Virus record (IMG/VR): IMGVR_UViG_3300045988_132430
Span: 1 to 63,469 of that record
Direction: 5' to 3' (one strand)
Source: a virus
Length of the DNA: 63,469 bases
Notes under the pieces: generated by a model
The model's input: only the letters and a program-made list of their open reading frames with translations
Database searches by the model: none
Told to the model about the DNA's origin: nothing
Made by a program: the position numbers and the translations under genes
Part shown: positions 52,961 through 61,024 of the stretch, in pieces
Numbering within the stretch: the first letter of the stretch is position 1
How the letters are laid out: each line of letters starts with the position of its first letter

Positions 52961-53649
52961 TTTATTTTGCCCGTTACTGAATCTCGTTCATACCCCATGT
53001 TGAATAACCATTTCAGTTCTTTCCATTCTTCATAGGTTATGCAATCTGGATTACACGAAGGTTTTTCTTTGCTATCCTTAATCAATACTTCTGCTTGTTC
53101 AATCTGCTTTAGCATACCGCAACGCCAATTATTGAACTTCTGTAATGCTCCAGTAATAACAAGAGGGTCTATAGCTCCGTAAAAGCTTCCGTACATTCCG
53201 ACTTTGAACTTAAAGAAGAAAAGCATTAACTCAGATAGTTTCAGGAAATGGAATTCTGATGTTATCAGCCTTGCAATTTCCTCTTTCTGATAATCGTTAA
53301 GTTTCTTGTTAACGCCAGTATATTCAGAAAGGTCGTGTATTTGATTTGCGAGCCATATCGCGACATTGGTTTCGCCCCAGATGTCTTTTACATCTTTGAG
53401 AGAGGGACAATCACCAACAAGACTTTTTATTGGCTGTTCTGCAAACAATATTTGATACTGAGGTAAGAACTTAATTGCTAATCCTTCAAAGGTCTTGTAA
53501 CGGGTCAGGTATCTTTTCTGATTCTGAGTTAGCTGCTTCAAGTCTTTGCGTTGCGTAAGCTCTCCATGCTGCGTCGCGTTGTGCTCGCCCGTTGTCAGCT
53601 GCACTTGTGCTTCGTTGTATGCTTGTTCTATTGTCATAATTTCCTTCAT
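52957..53649 (-). CDS. Hypothetical replication-module protein
   Basis: 230-aa ORF. Its first 164 nt overlap the 3' end of the upstream gene, so the true start is uncertain. Confidence 0.5.
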   Translation of the reverse strand: MKEIMTIEQAYNEAQVQLTTGEHNATQHGELTQRKDLKQLTQNQKRYLTRYKTFEGLAIKFLPQYQILFAEQPIKSLVGDCPSLKDVKDIWGETNVAIWLANQIHDLSEYTGVNKKLNDYQKEEIARLITSEFHFLKLSELMLFFFKFKVGMYGSFYGAIDPLVITGALQKFNNWRCGMLKQIEQAEVLIKDSKEKPSCNPDCITYEEWKELKWLFNMGYERDSVTGKIK

Positions 53650-54421
53650 ATATCTTTGGAAAATTTGTTGGTCTGAAAATCCAGTCGAAAGTAGCTAAGA
53701 AACCTCTGTTGTTATCGCCATTCAAGAAATTGCTGTTTGCTGTCTTAACGATGACTTGCGCAACTGCTTCCTTTCCGTACTCCTTTGTTCGAGCTAAGAT
53801 TTGCGACATTCTACTTTGATTTAGCCTTACAATCTTCCTAACTTGCTTTCCTTGCATCTGCTCATTGAAGTATTTCGCTACATTGTTGCAGTATTCTCTA
53901 TTCTCTTTTTCTTCATCAGACTTTACGATTGTAATTTTTCCGTCAGATTCAGTTTCAGAGTCAACGGAAGCCGTTGACGTAGATTCTGAGTGTAATGAAG
54001 AATCTATATTATCTTTTTTATTTTTATTTTCTTTTTTATTTTTATTATTGGTTTCGTTGGGTTTTTCTGGGTTTTCCAAATAACCCATGGGTTTTGTTGG
54101 GTTTTGTTCGGTTTCTACACTTTTTCGCGGTCTTCCACCCTTACTGCCATTATCTTTTTGTTTATCAATAAACGCTTGTTGTTTTGCGCGATTCTCGTTA
54201 ATAGTCAAGCGAATATTGTCAAGAATGCTTTCAAGATAGTATGCAAGATTGGATTCTTTATTTTCAAAGGCATAGTCACAAATAGCATCGTATATCAGTA
54301 ACCGCTCATTGTCTGGCAAACGCTTCATTTGTTCGCGCCACCTCTGATAAAATAGAAACGCTTGCTCTTTCATTCTTAATAGTTTTAAGTTGTAAAACCG
54401 CTGGGTTAATTTAAAAACCAC
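53486..54421 (-). CDS. Replication organizer (DnaD-like conserved phage C-terminus)
   Basis: AKYFNEQMQGKQVR...SRMSQILARTKEYGKEAVAQVI...FLATFDWIFRPTNFPKIYEGNYDN. The N-terminus resembles nested-element ORF 20122-20679. Confidence 0.6.
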   Translation of the reverse strand: MVFKLTQRFYNLKLLRMKEQAFLFYQRWREQMKRLPDNERLLIYDAICDYAFENKESNLAYYLESILDNIRLTINENRAKQQAFIDKQKDNGSKGGRPRKSVETEQNPTKPMGYLENPEKPNETNNKNKKENKNKKDNIDSSLHSESTSTASVDSETESDGKITIVKSDEEKENREYCNNVAKYFNEQMQGKQVRKIVRLNQSRMSQILARTKEYGKEAVAQVIVKTANSNFLNGDNNRGFLATFDWIFRPTNFPKIYEGNYDNRTSIQRSTSAADNGRAQRDAAWRAYATQRLEAANSESEKIPDPLQDL

Positions 54422-54437
54422 TGGGTTATTTGGGTTA

Positions 54438-54872
54438 TTATTTTATCACATCTACGATATTACTCTCAGCTATTGAAGCTATTAGTGTTACATTGGCAAT
54501 GCTACCAAGCTCTTTATTTAGTCGCTTAATTGCTCCTTCTGTGCTATCAGCTTGCACAAGAACGTACTCAGATGTTTTCTTTTCCTTCAAGCTCTTTTCG
54601 TCAATCGTGATGTACACAATCTTAGCTTTAAAGAAATGGTCATCTTCTGCTTCATTGCTCAGATAAATATCACTTATCGTTGAACTCTTCATGCTTAAAA
54701 TGTCGATTTCACCTTCTGTAAGCGGTGTAAGATTGCCTGTTGCAATAGTCTCGACATCTGCAAAACTAAGAGCATGAACCACTACGTAGTTCTCAGTAAC
54801 TTTGCGTACAGAACCATTATCATGATTGGTACGTTCGTAGCGTACTTTGCATTCAAACAAACTACTTGTCAT
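54438..54872 (-). CDS. DUF4494-like protein
   Basis: LFECKVRYERTNHDNGSVRKVTENYVVVHALSFADVE fits the Bacteroidota DUF4494 N-terminus as I recall it. Confidence 0.4.
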   Translation of the reverse strand: MTSSLFECKVRYERTNHDNGSVRKVTENYVVVHALSFADVETIATGNLTPLTEGEIDILSMKSSTISDIYLSNEAEDDHFFKAKIVYITIDEKSLKEKKTSEYVLVQADSTEGAIKRLNKELGSIANVTLIASIAESNIVDVIK

Positions 54873-55476
54873 TATTCTTATTGATTTTATTTGTTAATTT
54901 AGTTGATAACAGACCAGCTACACGTGCTTTGTTTTGACTTTCGTTGCTTGGGTTTAGCTTGTATGTATCTTTAGAGTAATCAAGATATTTTACAATGTTA
55001 CAAGCGTCTGTCTTGCTTATTGAGATACCTTTTTCGGCTGCTAATTTTTTGTCAGCGAGCTTTTCAAATTGTATGCCGTTATCATACATCCAATCTCCAA
55101 GCTTAATCAGCATTTCTTTTGTGCAGTTTACGTAGAATGTGCGTTCAAGCATTTCTTCTTGTTCGTTATTCTGTTCCACGTTATCTTCTGCATTCGGAGC
55201 GTTTATTTCCGTTGCTATAATGTAGTGTCCATTGCGTATCAGATTGGGAATCATCCTTTCAAAGATGCTGTTTGGTATAATCATGTACTTTATATGCCCT
55301 AATTTCCCATCATAAACTTCGTAAGGTGCTATTGACGAGAAGTCTGCTATTTCTTCTACATCTTCGCAAAAACAACTGACAAAATCATCAGTCTTGACAA
55401 ATACAACTTTATCAGGCTTCTGAGCCTTTATATTTTTCCATTCCTTGAATGCGTCTGGATTAAATGTATTGTTCAT
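54862..55476 (-). CDS. Hypothetical protein
   Basis: 204-aa ORF. Confidence 0.6.
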   Translation of the reverse strand: MNNTFNPDAFKEWKNIKAQKPDKVVFVKTDDFVSCFCEDVEEIADFSSIAPYEVYDGKLGHIKYMIIPNSIFERMIPNLIRNGHYIIATEINAPNAEDNVEQNNEQEEMLERTFYVNCTKEMLIKLGDWMYDNGIQFEKLADKKLAAEKGISISKTDACNIVKYLDYSKDTYKLNPSNESQNKARVAGLLSTKLTNKINKNNDK

Positions 55477-55493
55477 TGCCTTAGTTTTTAGCG

Positions 55494-56261
55494 TTATACA
55501 GATTTCTTCTTGCCGTGCAACAAGTCTTCTACAAGCATCGTGATATATTCATCAGCTGCTATAATCTTCGCTCTCATTTCGTTAAGAATATCTTCGTCAC
55601 GTTCTATTTCAAGAATGAAGATTGGGTTAACTTGGAATGGGTTGTAGATTACAAAGTAGGTCTTACTTGCTACAGTAGCAAGCATGTGCGCGTAGCATTG
55701 CCAATAGTAATTCGCTTCTGCTTTCTTTAGTCCATCAAGAGCTTCTTGTTGTGTTAACTTATCTGTGAATACATTGCTGACGAATTTTGCGAATGCAGCA
55801 GCTTGCGGACATTTAATTTCAACACAACATTCTTCACCCGTTTCTGGGTTGTAGAATACGCGGTCGGGACTGCTTGCAAAATGTGGCAAGTCTGAACATT
55901 TAACTGATGAAGGTTCTTCAAGGTCAAGCGTAAATCTCTGACCATTCTTAGCAAAGTACTTGTAATATTCCATAGCGAACAAATGTGCTGCTTCACCTTC
56001 CATTTTGTGTCCCCATTGAATAGCTTTACTTTTTACATCTGTAAGAGCTAAGTATTGAGAGAACAAATCATCGTTATTTACGATTATAGGGTTTATAGTG
56101 CGCTCAAATGCTACCTGATTAAAGTAGTTTAGAGCCGTTGCAGTCCACTTGTCGCTTTTGCTTCGCGGAGTTCCCATTATGTTGCCTACGACACTACCAG
56201 TAATATTGCCCAAGCGTGCTCTGAACCATTCGATATTGTTTTGATTCTTATTGTCGTACAT
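55494..56261 (-). CDS. YqaJ-type (lambda Exo-like) recombination exonuclease
   Basis: WFRARLGNITGSVVGNIMG near the N-terminus, and SPDRVF...CCVEIKCP. Confidence 0.75.
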   Translation of the reverse strand: MYDNKNQNNIEWFRARLGNITGSVVGNIMGTPRSKSDKWTATALNYFNQVAFERTINPIIVNNDDLFSQYLALTDVKSKAIQWGHKMEGEAAHLFAMEYYKYFAKNGQRFTLDLEEPSSVKCSDLPHFASSPDRVFYNPETGEECCVEIKCPQAAAFAKFVSNVFTDKLTQQEALDGLKKAEANYYWQCYAHMLATVASKTYFVIYNPFQVNPIFILEIERDEDILNEMRAKIIAADEYITMLVEDLLHGKKKSV

Positions 56262-56272
56262 AATATTGTATT

Positions 56273-57214
56273 TTAAAGAAGTGATGGACGTTTTTGTTGT
56301 TCTTGTTTCGGCTTTTCTTCTGCAGCAGTGTTAACTACTTGCGCTTGCCCTTGTTGTTCTTGCCCTTGTTGCGCTTGCTCTACTTGAGCTTGTCCTTGTT
56401 GTTCTTCTTCTTTTTGTTCTTGCGCATTATCAGCTTCGACAATTACGTCTTGTGCTGCTTGCGCTGCAACGCTTGTAAGTGAAGGTCTACCAAGTTCATC
56501 TGTAGGAATTGCATTTGTATTTGCTGATGGTTGCTTAATTTCCTCATAAGTTTGCGCGAATGTGTCTTGCGCTTCTTCTGCGGTAATCAATCCCATGCTA
56601 ATCTCTGGGCAGTAGGCACGTTGCCAAAATGCTGCTGCTCTGTATCGTAACATTTGTGTCGGCATTGTCGACCATTTACTACCTTTCCTGCCTACCCAAC
56701 CTTCAGCCTTAGCCATTCGCATGCTAATCCAATCACCTTCAAGAGGTTCTTTGTGTTTAATATCGTTTGCTTCGTATGCGATTGCACGACAAGCATATTC
56801 GTCAGTACCTTCTTCACCTTTAAACTCGTAGCGAAGCGGTGAAAAACGTTTGCTCGCATTGATACAAGCTATAAGGAATTTACTGTTGAATGCTGGTTGT
56901 CCGTAAACAATGTAGAGGTTCTGCATTACCATAAGTGGGTTAGCTTGCATACGTGTTGCCATTTCCAGTGCAATAGTACAGTTGGCTAATACCACTTTTG
57001 GGTCGAATGGTTGCCCATTTTTGTCGTACTTGTAGCTTTGTGGTATGAAATTCGACATCGCGTACATCATAGCCATGCGTTGTATCGCTTCAAATTGCTT
57101 AACTTGCTGACCAATAGGTGTAAGGTCGAACTCGGTTTGACGCTTAATTTGCAAAATCTCAATTTCTTGCTGTTGCGGTGTTAATACCACATTTTTATTT
57201 TTTTCTTGTTCCAT
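56273..57214 (-). CDS. recT: RecT-family single-strand annealing protein with a Gln-rich C-terminal tail
   Basis: 313 aa, paired with the YqaJ exonuclease, with a QGQAQVEQAQQGQEQQGQAQV tail. Confidence 0.65.
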   Translation of the reverse strand: MEQEKNKNVVLTPQQQEIEILQIKRQTEFDLTPIGQQVKQFEAIQRMAMMYAMSNFIPQSYKYDKNGQPFDPKVVLANCTIALEMATRMQANPLMVMQNLYIVYGQPAFNSKFLIACINASKRFSPLRYEFKGEEGTDEYACRAIAYEANDIKHKEPLEGDWISMRMAKAEGWVGRKGSKWSTMPTQMLRYRAAAFWQRAYCPEISMGLITAEEAQDTFAQTYEEIKQPSANTNAIPTDELGRPSLTSVAAQAAQDVIVEADNAQEQKEEEQQGQAQVEQAQQGQEQQGQAQVVNTAAEEKPKQEQQKRPSLL

Positions 57215-57234
57215 TGTGATTGTGATTTAGTTAA

Positions 57235-57441
57235 TTAAATAATTGTATCTTTCCAAAATGCAAGTATACTTGCACCCGTGTAGAAGGGTCTTAGATTTGC
57301 TTTGCGGTATTTAACCGAAATATGACCTGCTATTGTGTGACGTCTTAGGGTTTCTCGGCTTATACCAAGAGCCTTGCAAGCCTCGGTAATAGTGTACCGA
57401 CCTAAGGGCTTAACATCTGGTTGTGTGTTGATTATTGGCAT
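57235..57441 (-). CDS. HTH_17/excisionase-like small DNA-binding protein
   Basis: YTITEACKALGISRETLRRHTIAGHI. Confidence 0.55.
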   Translation of the reverse strand: MPIINTQPDVKPLGRYTITEACKALGISRETLRRHTIAGHISVKYRKANLRPFYTGASILAFWKDTII

Positions 57442-57443
57442 AA

Positions 57444-57665
57444 TTATCCATTTTTACGTTCTCTCTTGCTGATAGCACCCTTCTTGAGAAGTACCATTCT
57501 AACAGTCTGTCCAGTTGTATTCTCCTTCTTCGCGATTGCTTGAATAATGCGCCAATTCGAAACACCTTTGTACTGGGCTGACATACTTCTAAATTCTTCT
57601 ACAAAGCGGTTGTTTCGCACCGCAAGAGCAAGTTCATGCTCAGTCATTAAATGCTTGTTTACCAT
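57444..57665 (-). CDS. Hypothetical small protein, possible HTH
   Basis: 73-aa ORF with the segment TTGQTVRMVLLKKG. Confidence 0.45.
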   Translation of the reverse strand: MVNKHLMTEHELALAVRNNRFVEEFRSMSAQYKGVSNWRIIQAIAKKENTTGQTVRMVLLKKGAISKRERKNG

Positions 57666-57686
57666 ATTTCTTCTTTTTGTGTGTTA

Positions 57687-57920
57687 TTAGTCTTCGGACG
57701 TAATTTTATACATAATTCGCTCAAAAAAATCAGGGAGCAAATTATTCTTGTACAGAATACTCATTGCAGCGAACGCGATGCAATAGAGTAGTGGAGATAA
57801 AATTGTTATCAAATCGTAGATTGTTAAACATTCTTCGTTTGATGTGATTGTAAGGCTTATGGTTGCAAGCGCAATCAGTGCCATTACAACAATTAAGTTG
57901 AACCATTTTATAACCTTCAT
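57687..57920 (-). CDS. Small membrane protein
   Basis: 77 aa with two hydrophobic helices. Confidence 0.55.
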   Translation of the reverse strand: MKVIKWFNLIVVMALIALATISLTITSNEECLTIYDLITILSPLLYCIAFAAMSILYKNNLLPDFFERIMYKITSED

Positions 57921-57942
57921 ATCGTTGTTGTTTTATTGTTTG

Positions 57943-58017
57943 TGGCAAGTCATGGGGTCGAACCATGTAATGTTGCGGTTTTATCAGGTCTATCCGTTTA
58001 GCCTGCTATACTTGCCA
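57943..58017 (-). ncRNA. tRNA-like element (canonical acceptor stem and T-arm, non-canonical centre), part of a 190-nt structured spacer
   Basis: The minus strand has GGCAAGT...ACTTGCC as a 7-bp acceptor stem and CATGG-TTCGACC-CCATG as a T-arm. I could not fold a D arm or anticodon arm. Confidence 0.35.
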
Positions 58018-58117
58018 GTGCTCGTCTTTCCGAGCTGTCAGCCCTATAAACTCCTAAGCCTGCTTGTGCGCTTCGAAGCAAGATATACCGCTGTATACCT
58101 CATGAGCAATTCTTTAA

Positions 58118-58558
58118 CTATTCCCAAATTTTCTTGAACTCTTTCCTATATTCCTTCATGTTATCTTTGGTTAGGTATGTATCGTAAATAACCTTGCCAT
58201 TCTTCTTGATTGTTACTGTTCTGGTTTTATCCTTTACAGCACTTCTTCCTGCTGAAGCTCGATATGTATTGCTAACGACTACCTTGACTTCAAAAGTACC
58301 ATTCTTCGTAAGGTATTCTCTTGTACCTCCAGACGTAGGTGCAGATGATTCTTTGCTGTAATACCATTTGTTTAGTATTTCCTCTTCGGATTTTCCAGCC
58401 TGAATATCCTCTGTTACGCCTTCTCTGTAAGCTTCTTTCATCAAGAGAAACTTATCTCGCTTGATTATTTTATCAATAAGATTCTGTTTCCAAGATGTTG
58501 TGTTTCTTGTTCCTCCGCTATTTTTCATTGTGTTTCTTGTTCCTCCGCTATTTTTCAT
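58118..58558 (-). CDS. Hypothetical early protein with a duplicated N-terminus (MKNSGGTRNT x 2)
   Basis: 146-aa ORF. A 30-bp exact tandem duplication (58499-58558) includes the start codon. Confidence 0.6.
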   Translation of the reverse strand: MKNSGGTRNTMKNSGGTRNTTSWKQNLIDKIIKRDKFLLMKEAYREGVTEDIQAGKSEEEILNKWYYSKESSAPTSGGTREYLTKNGTFEVKVVVSNTYRASAGRSAVKDKTRTVTIKKNGKVIYDTYLTKDNMKEYRKEFKKIWE

Positions 58559-58586
58559 TGTGTTTAATTTTATTGTGTGTTACAGT

Positions 58587-58679
58587 TTACTTGTTTTTTG
58601 CCCATTCTTCAAATGCGTTGTGGTGGGTTGCTCTGAGAACAGATACAACCTCTTGTACTTGATTTAATGTTCTATCCAT
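58587..58679 (-). CDS. Possible 30-aa first early ORF
   Basis: MDRTLNQVQEVVSVLRATHHNAFEEWAKNK, the first ORF downstream of the leftward switch promoter. Confidence 0.3.
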   Translation of the reverse strand: MDRTLNQVQEVVSVLRATHHNAFEEWAKNK

Positions 58680-58715
58680 TTTTGTTATTTGTTTTGTTGT
58701 TACTAATTTTATTTA

Positions 58716-58723
58716 TATCTTTG
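58716..58723 (+). promoter_or_regulatory. -7 box TATCTTTG, rightward (lysogeny operon) promoter
   Basis: ATTTATATCTTTGCAACT. Confidence 0.45.
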
Positions 58724-58751
58724 CAACTATCTTACTTATGCTTTTAAGCAT

Positions 58752-58830
58752 TTTATTTCTTAATTGCGTTGCAAAGATATAACTAAAAAGTAATATAACA
58801 AAGAATAAATCACTAAAAAGTAATATTTTA
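58752..58830 (-). repeat. Switch-region copy of the 79-bp promoter/operator repeat (partner 28668-28746)
   Basis: Perfect reverse complement of 28668-28746. It contains the leftward -7 box (58772-58779) and two ACTAAAAAGTAATAT units. Confidence 0.95.
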
Positions 58831-58845
58831 AGAATATTTAATAAT

Positions 58846-59520
58846 ATGAACGCATTTAAATCAAATATTCAATATGGGTATCAAGATTGGATGGGAAAGG
58901 ATAATTTTATATACATTGCTCATCTTATCGAAGAAAAAAGATTCGATGAAGCTATATCTATAGGGGAAAAATTGTATAGTAAAAACCCCAACGATGAAAT
59001 GATTTGTATAAACCTAATGGTTGCTTTTAATAAAATAAATAAGTCCAATAAATATAACAATACAGTTATAAAATATGCTCGAGCTGCAATGATAAATGGT
59101 CACAATACTGGATATGCTGCAAGTAGATTGTGTATAACTTTATATAAAGAAAAGAGGTATAATGCTGTTATAAATGTATGCAATGCTGTTTTAAATATAA
59201 AATACCATTTTTCTGCAATTACAGATAAATCTGAATTTTATAAAAGGAAACAACGTGCTCAAAAAAAAGCGTTAGAGTTAAATGATTGCAATGATGATAT
59301 AATATTTAATTCTTCTGATTTTGAGCTAATGACAAATACAATAGATAGAAAACTGGAAGAACATCATAAAGAGTTACTTGATTTGGTAAAAAAAAGACAT
59401 TATTCAACTGAAGAAGATAGAATCAAAGATATTGAATATTGGAATAAGATTATAAAAAGGAATATTGACAGTATAAAATATATGGAATCATTCTCAATCA
59501 AAGAAACATTTAAATATTGA
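58846..59520 (+). CDS. Hypothetical AT-rich helical-repeat (TPR-like) protein, first gene of the repressor operon
   Basis: 224-aa ORF. Its stop overlaps the next gene region. Confidence 0.6.
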   Translation: MNAFKSNIQYGYQDWMGKDNFIYIAHLIEEKRFDEAISIGEKLYSKNPNDEMICINLMVAFNKINKSNKYNNTVIKYARAAMINGHNTGYAASRLCITLYKEKRYNAVINVCNAVLNIKYHFSAITDKSEFYKRKQRAQKKALELNDCNDDIIFNSSDFELMTNTIDRKLEEHHKELLDLVKKRHYSTEEDRIKDIEYWNKIIKRNIDSIKYMESFSIKETFKY

Positions 59521-59525
59521 ACATT

Positions 59526-60272
59526 ATGGAATGTAATCATCTAAAACAACTGAAAGATTTTTTTAAACAAAGAGGTATTAAACAAGACGAGTTAACTAAT
59601 GAATTTAACGTGAGTCAGTCGTATATAAGTCAGCTAATCAATGGCAAAAAAGAAGCTGGAAAAAAAGTTGCTTCAAAATTGTCTGAGAAATATGGTATTT
59701 CAGAAGCTTGGGTTCTTACTGGAAAAGGCGAAATGCTTGCTCAACCGCAATCAACCACGATTATTGCAAGTAATAACTCATACGGAGATAATGCGAGCGG
59801 AAATAATAACATTACCATAACGCCCAGTCAAGAAACAAATATTGATGATAATGTTCATTCGGTTATCCTACGACCGATAGTTAACAAGCTACTGGCATCA
59901 AGACCTAATACAGATGTCTATAAGATAGTGAAGGGAGATGGGGTAAAACTGCAGCACATTCTTGCATTCCCACAATACGATGATTTTGATTTTTATTATC
60001 AGGTAAGACAAGATGCAATGTTCCCTACTTACGATAAAGGAGATATTCTTGCACTTATGCACATGCCTGTTGACGCAAATATAATACAAGGTTCTGCGAT
60101 GGTGATAGACACAAAGAGTTTTGGCTTTTTATTCAGAAGGGTCTATGACAACGGAGATTCTTACGAATGTAAATGTATTAACGAGAACAGCGTATTCAGG
60201 AATCAGTCAATACCTAAAGATGATGTTATACGTTTGTATCGTGTTATATACTCTATAAAGAGTGGAGATTAA
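59526..60272 (+). CDS. cI-like repressor: XRE HTH plus an S24-like C-terminal domain lacking the Ser/Lys dyad
   Basis: The HTH reads QDELTNEFNVSQSYISQLINGKK. In the C-terminus, VRQDAMFPTYDKGDIL aligns to G(N/D)SM.P..GD (Ser to Ala), and FLFRRV aligns to F.FKKL (Lys to Arg). The ATG at 59526 was preferred over the TTG at 59517. Confidence 0.7.
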   Translation: MECNHLKQLKDFFKQRGIKQDELTNEFNVSQSYISQLINGKKEAGKKVASKLSEKYGISEAWVLTGKGEMLAQPQSTTIIASNNSYGDNASGNNNITITPSQETNIDDNVHSVILRPIVNKLLASRPNTDVYKIVKGDGVKLQHILAFPQYDDFDFYYQVRQDAMFPTYDKGDILALMHMPVDANIIQGSAMVIDTKSFGFLFRRVYDNGDSYECKCINENSVFRNQSIPKDDVIRLYRVIYSIKSGD

Positions 60273-60360
60273 ATAATATGAGTAACTTTGCCAATAGAAT
60301 CTTGATTTAAATCGCTTATGAAAGCGTTGGCATTTAGATTTACTCTATCAGAAAAACAGC

Positions 60361-60697
60361 ATGAACAAATTTGATGTTATAATCACAAAATATGCTGATG
60401 AATTTCTTTCATCCATATCAGAGAAAGCACGAGACAAAATTATTTACAATCTAGACAAATGTTCCAATGGATATGCAGACAAAAACCTATTCAAAAAAAC
60501 TTGATGGAACAGACATTTGGGAATTTCGCACTTTGTATAATGGCGTATGTTATAGATTGCTGTCTTTTTGGGACACAGAAAAATCAGCTTTAGTAATAGC
60601 AGCCAACGGATTTCAAAAGAAAACTCAGAAAACACCAAAACAAGAAATTCAAAAAGCAATAGAAATAAGAAAAGAATATTTTAACTCAAAACATTAA
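60361..60697 (+). pseudogene. higB: HigB/RelE-superfamily (Gp49/DUF891-like) toxin gene, frameshifted at an A7 run
   Basis: Frame 1 gives MNKFDVIITKYADEFLSSISEKARDKIIYNLDKCSNGYADKNLFKKT*. Frame 2 continues KKLDGTDIWEFRTLYNGVCYRLLSFW...GFQKKTQKTPKQEI. The A7 run is at 60493-60499. Confidence 0.65.
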
Positions 60698-60700
60698 ACT

Positions 60701-61003
60701 ATGGAATTGTATACATTAGAAAATATTAAAGATAAGTACATCGGTAAGAAAGGTTCTCCGAAACGTGATAAATACGAAACAGATTTAAACGCATTTCTTA
60801 TGGGTGAAGCTATCAAGGAAGCACGATTAAAGAAACAATTAACCCAACAACAACTCAGCGAACGCTCAGGAATTGGTCGTACTGCAATCTCACGTGTAGA
60901 AAATGGCAAGGATTGCTCACTTAGCACTATCTCGCGTATATGCCGTGCTATTGGCATAAAAACAGAAATAGGGCTTAGTGGTATTGGACGATTTGCTTTG
61001 TAA
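60701..61003 (+). CDS. higA: HigA-like XRE antitoxin
   Basis: LTQQQLSERSGIGRTAISRVENGK, starting 3 nt after the toxin stop. Confidence 0.7.
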   Translation: MELYTLENIKDKYIGKKGSPKRDKYETDLNAFLMGEAIKEARLKKQLTQQQLSERSGIGRTAISRVENGKDCSLSTISRICRAIGIKTEIGLSGIGRFAL

Positions 61004-61024
61004 GGTTTGTAAGAACAAGAATGT

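Noticed and set aside
57943-58017. A bona fide phage-encoded tRNA gene.
   Set aside because: The acceptor stem and T-arm are canonical, but I could not fold a D arm or a 5-bp anticodon stem with a 7-nt loop in any register. It is reported only as tRNA-like.
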